Shown here: piece by piece, positions 57,727 to 64,000 of the stretch
How positions within the stretch are numbered: position 1 is the stretch's first letter
Layout: every line of letters starts with the position of its first letter
Source: Candidatus Latescibacterota bacterium
GTDB lineage: Bacteria > Latescibacterota > UBA2968 > GCA-2709665
Assembly: GCA_965116875.1 (NCBI GenBank)
Contig: OZ220733.1
Span: 3,104,001-3,168,000 of the forward strand
Direction of reading: 5' to 3'
DNA length: 64,000 nt
Notes under the pieces: generated by a model
What the model was told of the DNA's origin: nothing
What the model saw: the letters and a program-made list of their open reading frames with translations, nothing else
The model's database searches: none
Made by a program: the position numbers and the translations under genes

Positions 57727-59946
57727 ATGAAAAAACGAACTCTTCGCGCGCTGCTTCGGACGGCGGCGTGCTGTACCATGTGGCTGTGCGTATCTACCGT
57801 GACGTGGGCTTCGCCCGCGCCGTCGGACAGCGTGCGCTTCTGTGCGTTGGTGGACCGTGAGGCGTGGCTTCGTGAGCATCCCTTGCCGGCGGGCAAGGTT
57901 GGTGCGGAAAAGAACGCGGGGGAGCCGGGGACGGTGCGTATGATCTACTTTCTGCCGAACGACCGTCCGTACCGGCAGTCGGTGGTGGATACGATGAAGG
58001 CGACGATGGTGCGTCTGCAGGCGTGGTTCGGAGAGCAGATGGCGTCGCACGGGTACGGGTATATGACGTTCCGGTACGAGGCGGATGCGGATGGCGCGCC
58101 GGTGGTGCACCGCGTGGATGCCGAGCACGGCGACGAATATTATCTGAGGGAAACGATTACGGACGTGCAATTGGATCCCGGTTACAGGGCGTTTTATTAT
58201 CAATACCGCGTGTATTTCGTCGTCATCGACAACAGCACGGATTCCATTCACGATCGCAGCGGTAGGAGGTATCTGGGGGTCTCCGGCGCGCTTAGAATAG
58301 GCGGGAGTTTTTTTGTTCCCGCGGGATTCAGTTTCACGACGGCGGCGCACGAACTGGCGCACTCCTTCGGGATGGGCTGGCACGATTTCCGCGACCACAC
58401 GTATATCCTGTCATATTTCAGCGAATCCCGTGGACGGCTGTCGGCGTGCTCGGCAGGATATCTTGCGGTGTCGCCCTACTTCAATGCCGCCGTGCCCATT
58501 GAAGATAACACGGACTCCTATCCCACCATCGAATACGTGGGCGCGAGCCGCTGGTATCCCCCCGGCACGCGGCGCTTCACGCTGCCGTGGCGCGCTGCCG
58601 ACGCCGACGGGGTGCATCAGGTGTTCCTGATGACGGGCAATCCCTTCGACAATTCGCTGACGCCGGAAGTGAAGGCGTGCCGGCTGCCGGGGGGTCCGAC
58701 GCGGGCGGAGGTGTCGTTCGAGTATGACGGTGTGATCCCGTCGCTGCCGAATACGAGTTTCTCCGATCCCCCCGGACACCATCTTGTGGCGTTAGCCGTC
58801 GATGGACTGGCGTACAAGAAATCTGCGAAAACCGGCATTGCGGAGGCGTCGCCGCATCACCTGGCGACGCTTGTGCCGCAGGGGTACGCGTCAGGCACAT
58901 TCTGGTCGATGGCGTTCTCGCCGGACGGCTCGGTCGTGGCCGCGGGGCACGTGGGTGTGGGTGATTGGACCGTGCGCGTGTGGGACGTGGCGACCCGTCG
59001 GGAGGTCGCCGCGCTGGAAGACACCGAACGGGTCGTGGGCATGGCGTTCTCTCCCGACGGCGGCCTGTTGGCTGCAGGGTCATTTGACGAAACCGTGAGG
59101 CTCTGGAACGTGGACACGTGGGAGAGGGCAGGCGCGCTGGAAGGGCATCGGAGCGGTATCGCTTTCGGCGGTCTGGCGTACTCGCCTGCCGGGGGCATCC
59201 TGGCAACGGCGTGGTTGGACAGTACGGTGAAGGTGTGGGACGTGGCGGCGCGCCGGGAGGTCGCCACGCTGGAATGGAATCCGCGTCGGCGAAATTACGG
59301 TGCGGTGGCGTTCTCTCCCGACGGGCGCATACTGGCAATTGGAGACGGTGACGGGACGGTGACGCTGTGGGACGTGGACACGTGGGAGGCGACCGCCGCG
59401 CTGGAAGGGGGACATAGTGTCTATGCGGTGGCGTTCTCTCCCGACGGGCGCCTGTTGGGATCGGCACACAATGACCGGTGGATCAGGCTGTGGGACGTGG
59501 CGGCGCGGCGGCTGATCGCCGCGCGGGACGATCAGGTTGGCTCTTCGATTGCGTTCTCTCCCGACGGGCGCTTCCTGGCGTATCCACGACGGAATCGGTC
59601 GGTCGCCCTGTGGAACGTTTTCAGTGAAGAAACCGTCGAGAAGTATGCCCATCCGGGCCTGGGGTCGCCGGTGGCGTTCACGCCCGACGGAAACATATTG
59701 GCCATAGCAACGAATTACGCGATCGAACTGTGGGACGTGTCCCCGCACACCGGTCCTGCATCGAGGATCCCGGACTGGGACGGCGACGGACAGGTGGGTG
59801 TTGGAGACTTCGTGAAGTTCGCGGCGAAGTACGGATACACCCGCGGCCAGGACCGCTACGACCCGCGCTACGACCTGGACGATGACGGCGCGGTGGGGTT
59901 CGGTGACTTCCTCATCTTCACGAAGGCCTTCGGCCAGGGTGCGTAG
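57727..59946 (+). CDS. Secreted zinc metallopeptidase-WD40-dockerin-like protein 3
   Basis: HELAHSFGMGWH; ~7 WD40 repeats; DWDGDGQVGVGDF...DLDDDGAVGFGDF. Confidence 0.88.
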   Translation: MKKRTLRALLRTAACCTMWLCVSTVTWASPAPSDSVRFCALVDREAWLREHPLPAGKVGAEKNAGEPGTVRMIYFLPNDRPYRQSVVDTMKATMVRLQAWFGEQMASHGYGYMTFRYEADADGAPVVHRVDAEHGDEYYLRETITDVQLDPGYRAFYYQYRVYFVVIDNSTDSIHDRSGRRYLGVSGALRIGGSFFVPAGFSFTTAAHELAHSFGMGWHDFRDHTYILSYFSESRGRLSACSAGYLAVSPYFNAAVPIEDNTDSYPTIEYVGASRWYPPGTRRFTLPWRAADADGVHQVFLMTGNPFDNSLTPEVKACRLPGGPTRAEVSFEYDGVIPSLPNTSFSDPPGHHLVALAVDGLAYKKSAKTGIAEASPHHLATLVPQGYASGTFWSMAFSPDGSVVAAGHVGVGDWTVRVWDVATRREVAALEDTERVVGMAFSPDGGLLAAGSFDETVRLWNVDTWERAGALEGHRSGIAFGGLAYSPAGGILATAWLDSTVKVWDVAARREVATLEWNPRRRNYGAVAFSPDGRILAIGDGDGTVTLWDVDTWEATAALEGGHSVYAVAFSPDGRLLGSAHNDRWIRLWDVAARRLIAARDDQVGSSIAFSPDGRFLAYPRRNRSVALWNVFSEETVEKYAHPGLGSPVAFTPDGNILAIATNYAIELWDVSPHTGPASRIPDWDGDGQVGVGDFVKFAAKYGYTRGQDRYDPRYDLDDDGAVGFGDFLIFTKAFGQGA

Positions 59947-60117
59947 TGCGGCGCTCCCACCGTCGCGCAATGCGACACGCCTGCCGCACTGCAGTGCCGC
60001 GAATAGCCAATTCGCGTTACCGAATCACGCGGCCACGTTGGCATTGCAGGGGCGTCCCCTGTGGGCCTGTCTGCAGCGCAGAGCACCGCGCAGGCAGGCG
60101 CCCGCACGGTGAGGAAG
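59944..60117 (+). repeat. Structured intergenic spacer, terminal copy lacking the class A REP
   Basis: Matches 55021-55160 with an internal deletion, then matches 52604-52674. Confidence 0.85.
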
Positions 60118-60154
60118 CTCGCTCCGACTGTTCCCGGAAGTGCGCGACTCCGCC

Positions 60155-61738
60155 CTACAATACCCCGGCCCCCTGAACCGGAGACGCGACCGTGAGTCGT
60201 TCGCGGATCCCGCGGGGCGTGTAGTACCTGTCGCGCATGGATTCGACAATACGTGGTACCCCTTCAGACGCGACCAGGACCATCATGCTTCCGCCCAGGC
60301 CGGCGCCGGAAATCTGGGCCCCCGCCGCACCCGCATCCATGGCAATGTCGACCATCTCGTCGATTTCGGGGATGCTGCAGTTGTAGTCGCCCGGCTGGAG
60401 GTGCAGGTCTCTCGCGGGGTCGAATCGGGGCGCGTCCAGGTGGATGCGGTCCCCGTCGTGCGAGACGTTCATCAGTTGCCCGTACAGGTCCACGCGGTTC
60501 CTGTTCAGTACGTCCTTGAGATTCCTGCTTCGCGCGGACTCGGCGATGCCGTAGGCAATGACCATGCGGACCTGGTAACCGTCGGCCGGTTCGTCGTGGG
60601 TGGCGAACTGCTGTTGGAGAAAGGCTTCTTCTTCGGGTAACTGGCGCAGGAGCCCCCTCCGGTCGATCTGTTCGGGAAGGGCTTGTATCAGCGCGTAGAT
60701 TTCGGGTTGGTCGAGACATTCGATAACGTCGCCGAGGTGGAACTTTTTCTCGATCTCCAGGTCCTTCCTGGCCGCCGCGACGCCCAGGATCGCTGCGGGG
60801 TGGTGCGTTTCCAGGTAGCTTCGGAGGTAGACCTCTCCGATTTCGTAGGTCGCCGTCTTCTCATTGAATTTCTGCCCTGCGCCACCGGTCTTGTTCGCCT
60901 GTATGCCCGAGTCGAAGATGATGATCTGATAACCTTCCGGGAACGGGAGATAGGCGTCGATCATCAGTTCAGGGAGGGTCTTCATGTGGGTGATTTTGCC
61001 AAGTTGACCGCATTTGATCGCCGCATGGTCGCCAAAGCCGCCGCGCGTGCCCACGTACCATTCCGCGGTACCCGCGTACCTCACGAACTGCCCGTCGTCC
61101 AGGTCGATATCATTGATGTGCGAAATGATTTCGGTGGTCGCCACCACAACCGCGGACGAAGAGCTCAGTCCTCCCATGTCGGGAAGGCTGCTGCCCATCA
61201 CCCCGTCGAAGCCGTGGAGTTGCTTAGCGGGGTATCGGGTGTGGAGGTAGGCCGGCGGCGCCTGCAGCTTGGTAACCCAGTCCTCGTTCACGCCGGCAGC
61301 CTTGCGTTCGTCGGTTTTTTCCTGCGTCCATTCCAGCCACTCGGCGTCCGAACGGATTGGCGCGTCCGGACATATATCGGATACGTTGAAACGACGGGTT
61401 CCGTAGGCCGGATCCAGATTGCGGACTTCCACCCGGTCGTCGTCTCTGCGGGAGAAACAGATGAGAATCTCCTTGTCGAGGGAGATCGGGTTGATGAAGG
61501 CGCCCCGGTGGTCCGCGTGCATGCCCACCGTGTTCAGCCTGCCCGGCGCCCTGACGAAGCTGACGTCCCTCTCGCCGAAGGTCTCCCGGAATCGAGTCAC
61601 GGTCTCCAGGAGGGCGCCGAGACGTTCTGCGATCAATCCGTCGTTATCGCCGTAGACGGACCGGAGGCGGGCGATCAGACCTGTGTCCCGGCTGCGAATC
61701 GCCCTCTCCCAATCCCTCGTATTCTGCTTGCCAATCAT
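60155..61738 (-). CDS. GHMP sugar kinase, galactokinase-like
   Basis: RAPGRLN..G.H.D, P..GGLSSSSA, GAQISGAGLGG motifs. Confidence 0.88.
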   Translation of the reverse strand: MIGKQNTRDWERAIRSRDTGLIARLRSVYGDNDGLIAERLGALLETVTRFRETFGERDVSFVRAPGRLNTVGMHADHRGAFINPISLDKEILICFSRRDDDRVEVRNLDPAYGTRRFNVSDICPDAPIRSDAEWLEWTQEKTDERKAAGVNEDWVTKLQAPPAYLHTRYPAKQLHGFDGVMGSSLPDMGGLSSSSAVVVATTEIISHINDIDLDDGQFVRYAGTAEWYVGTRGGFGDHAAIKCGQLGKITHMKTLPELMIDAYLPFPEGYQIIIFDSGIQANKTGGAGQKFNEKTATYEIGEVYLRSYLETHHPAAILGVAAARKDLEIEKKFHLGDVIECLDQPEIYALIQALPEQIDRRGLLRQLPEEEAFLQQQFATHDEPADGYQVRMVIAYGIAESARSRNLKDVLNRNRVDLYGQLMNVSHDGDRIHLDAPRFDPARDLHLQPGDYNCSIPEIDEMVDIAMDAGAAGAQISGAGLGGSMMVLVASEGVPRIVESMRDRYYTPRGIRERLTVASPVQGAGVL

Positions 61739-61934
61739 CCGGTTATCCTCCCGGGATCACACAACGGGACGCGGCCTCATTCGGCTCGTCAATCGTGTAC
61801 TGGCGTTCACTTCCGCCCGTCAGCCTTGCAGCCGAACATTTCGGAGCCACGCCAGTGGAATTCAAAAAGAAAAAGACAACGCCTCCAATGGATTCGGGAA
61901 GCGTTGTCGTTCCATTCCGTAGCGGGAAGGTAAG

Positions 61935-62906
61935 TTACAACTTGTCCGGATCGAAGATGCCCTTCTGCGTATCCACGACGCGCTCGGACCGGGTCTTGAA
62001 CATCGTGCCTGCCGGATAATAGCCGGCCTTGACGTAGGCGAGGCCGTAGGAAATGCACATCGGCCCCAGCAAGGTTCCGGGGTCCGTGAGCGACTCGCAG
62101 GCCAGCTGCGTCCTGTCGCCGAGTACGACGCCCATTTTGGATCCGCCCAGGTCGTACCACTTGTCGTTGATTTCGACCTTCAGGTTGACGCGCTTGTCGC
62201 GTTCCCGAACGCCCTGGATAATGCCCAGATTCGCGGCCGTGGCCTGGTTGCCGAAGTGGGTGGCGTACCCGCAGAGGCTGTCGCCGAGATACGACGGATG
62301 GGGGAAATTGGCCTCGTCCAGCATCAGGACGTTCTTGAGTTCACCCCGGATGGCGTTGTCACCGTGTTTCCTGTGACCGCCCAGAACGATGTTGCCCCGG
62401 AGATAGGCGCCTTGCCGGATATCGTTATTCGGACCGATAATCGTGGGACCCTTGACGCCGGCCGTCGGTTCGATTACGGCGCCGGAGCCAACGTAGATGT
62501 CCCCGCCGTCCAGGTAGATTACGGCCCCGACCACTTTTGCGTCCTTTGCGACGTAGAGCGTGTGGCCCTCGCCATCGAGCGCGCCGTGTACGAAGAGCGG
62601 CTCGCAAACGGCGCCGGGCTCGACCAGCACCGTGTAGTTCCCCACGCCCGTCAGACCCGTGCGTTCTTCCACACCCTCGGCCGAACCGATTTTTTCGGCC
62701 AGCCACTGGCTGGCGTATTTTTCGATGCCGTCTTTGCCGATGAGATCCACAACCGACCGGGCGCCGTCGACCAGCGCACGGTGTTCGAACGGGTATTTCT
62801 CAAGGTCGAAAAAGTTGGACGGTTTCAACTCGGCCGGGACCTCGTCAGCCGCCAACTCGGTAACGATGACCGGATTGTCCTTCGCGCCGGTTCCGTTCAT
62901 GGCCAT
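61935..62906 (-). CDS. Left-handed beta-helix protein resembling the acetyltransferase half of GlmU
   Basis: Hexapeptide repeats (GPTIIGPNNDIRQGAYLRG), HPSYLGDS, ANL, KMGVVLGD; no nucleotidyltransferase domain. Confidence 0.75.
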   Translation of the reverse strand: MAMNGTGAKDNPVIVTELAADEVPAELKPSNFFDLEKYPFEHRALVDGARSVVDLIGKDGIEKYASQWLAEKIGSAEGVEERTGLTGVGNYTVLVEPGAVCEPLFVHGALDGEGHTLYVAKDAKVVGAVIYLDGGDIYVGSGAVIEPTAGVKGPTIIGPNNDIRQGAYLRGNIVLGGHRKHGDNAIRGELKNVLMLDEANFPHPSYLGDSLCGYATHFGNQATAANLGIIQGVRERDKRVNLKVEINDKWYDLGGSKMGVVLGDRTQLACESLTDPGTLLGPMCISYGLAYVKAGYYPAGTMFKTRSERVVDTQKGIFDPDKL

Positions 62907-62909
62907 TGC

Positions 62910-63857
62910 TCATTCCTTTCTGCATTCCGCGATTTTCTCGAGGGTTTGATCGTGCAGGGCCTGCGTCCGGCTCACCAGGACGTCGAAAACGGTCTCGTAG
63001 TCTTCCGTGGGCTTCGCCACTTCGTTTCCGTCGAAATCGGAGACGATCAGACCGGCCTGTTCCGCGATGGCGATCCCGGAGAAGACGTCGACGTAGGGCT
63101 GTTGCCTGGCAAAATAGACGTCGATCTGCCCGGCCGCGGCCTCTGCAAAAGCGTACGGTCCGCCATTGGGGTGGAGCATTTTGAAGGCATCGATGACCGG
63201 CCTGTATTCGTCGATGAGCGGCATGAGGAACTTGGCCGGTTTCAGCAGGTACGACTCGACGCAGGCGTCATCCAGGCCGGACGCGGGCTCTCCGTGCCGT
63301 TCCTTCCGATAGCTTTCGTCGAGCCGCTCCACGCCGGTCAACGCGTTGCCGTCCAGCCTTGCCATAAAGGCGCCGTTTTCGTTGGCGTAGGCAAGGTCCC
63401 TGTTGAAGACGTCGCCGGTGACGGAGACAAGGTGATCGAAGTTGGCATCGAAGAGCGCCAGGGAACTGTATTGCATGAACGGCAGCCCCCGCTTGTACAG
63501 CCAGCTGCCGTCGAACGGATCCGAAACGCCGTAGATCTTATCGCCTTCCTTGCCGCCGGTGAGGTCCACCATCCCGGCTTCCTCGGAAAGCAGAACGACC
63601 GGATGCGTGCTCTCTTTGAGTCTGCCGATGTACGCCCCTTCCGCGGCCTCGTCGACACCGAAAATCTCGGCGTCCCAATCCTTGTAGTCGCCCTCCCGGG
63701 TGCGGATGACCATGGAACCGCTGGCATCGCCCTGCAGATCGTGCAGGATGTCCAGGGTCTCCGCCACGATGGCCAGGGCGAGCGACGTGTGTTCGTCTAC
63801 ATTATCCGATCTACTGAAGTTGTTGATTCTATTTTCGAAAACCTGATTGTCACCCAT
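62910..63857 (-). CDS. Inositol monophosphatase / archaeal-type FBPase family protein
   Basis: LSEEAG, DPFDGS, YVDV..GIAIAEQAG..VSD motifs. Confidence 0.85.
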   Translation of the reverse strand: MGDNQVFENRINNFSRSDNVDEHTSLALAIVAETLDILHDLQGDASGSMVIRTREGDYKDWDAEIFGVDEAAEGAYIGRLKESTHPVVLLSEEAGMVDLTGGKEGDKIYGVSDPFDGSWLYKRGLPFMQYSSLALFDANFDHLVSVTGDVFNRDLAYANENGAFMARLDGNALTGVERLDESYRKERHGEPASGLDDACVESYLLKPAKFLMPLIDEYRPVIDAFKMLHPNGGPYAFAEAAAGQIDVYFARQQPYVDVFSGIAIAEQAGLIVSDFDGNEVAKPTEDYETVFDVLVSRTQALHDQTLEKIAECRKE

Positions 63858-63944
63858 TCGTGATCCCTTCAGCATAAAGTGATTAAATTTATGTTTTTAC
63901 GGGACTAATAGGTCTGTTTCCAAGGGTGGATCAAACAGTCAATG

Positions 63945-63973
63945 AGTATACCATATTCACCCGGGGATGTCAA
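63945..63973 (-). promoter_or_regulatory. sigma70 promoter
   Basis: Minus strand TTGACA (63973-63968), 17-nt spacer, TATACT (63950-63945). Confidence 0.8.
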
Positions 63974-64000
63974 GCCAAAACATATTGCGGAACGCCTGTG

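Noticed and set aside
52774-59946. Diversity-generating retroelement acting on the paralogs
   Set aside because: No reverse transcriptase in the window; differences are not confined to adenines and the 3' ends are the most conserved parts.
52602-60117. Possible CRISPR array or integron attC cassettes
   Set aside because: Repeats are separated by whole 2.2-kb genes, no cas or integrase gene is in the window, and no RYYYAAC/GTTRRRY attC ends were seen.

Overview
High-GC bacterial chromosomal window with no rRNA, tRNA, CRISPR array, transposase or phage genes detected. The mix of GWxTD proteins, Kelch/WD40/FN3/TPR repeat proteins and C-terminal double EF-hand (dockerin-like) tags suggests a Latescibacterota/Gemmatimonadota-like, possibly host-associated organism (inference only). 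Contents in order: a tandem array of Kelch-repeat lipoproteins; an XRE regulator and a RelE/HigBA-type toxin-antitoxin pair; three tandem giant TPR-GWxTD proteins; an RND efflux operon whose TolC has an extra N-terminal domain; uppP and a sugar/amine catabolic cluster; a GntR-linked nine-gene cobalamin methyl-transfer operon (MtaA/CmuA-type methyltransferase, corrinoid protein, RamA-like activator, MetF-MetV fusion, pterin-binding and homocysteine-binding modules, three small or unknown proteins); a sigma54-type promoter ahead of a 2044-aa FN3/Ig protein and three tandem metzincin-WD40 paralogs, all four with the same dockerin-like C-terminus; and an IMPase/left-handed beta-helix/GHMP kinase operon. 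Intergenic DNA is dense in REP- and MITE-like elements. One identical 24-bp hairpin sits about 56-64 nt upstream of five secreted beta-propeller paralog genes in two unrelated arrays 50 kb apart. All functional calls come from motifs recognised by eye; no database searches were run.
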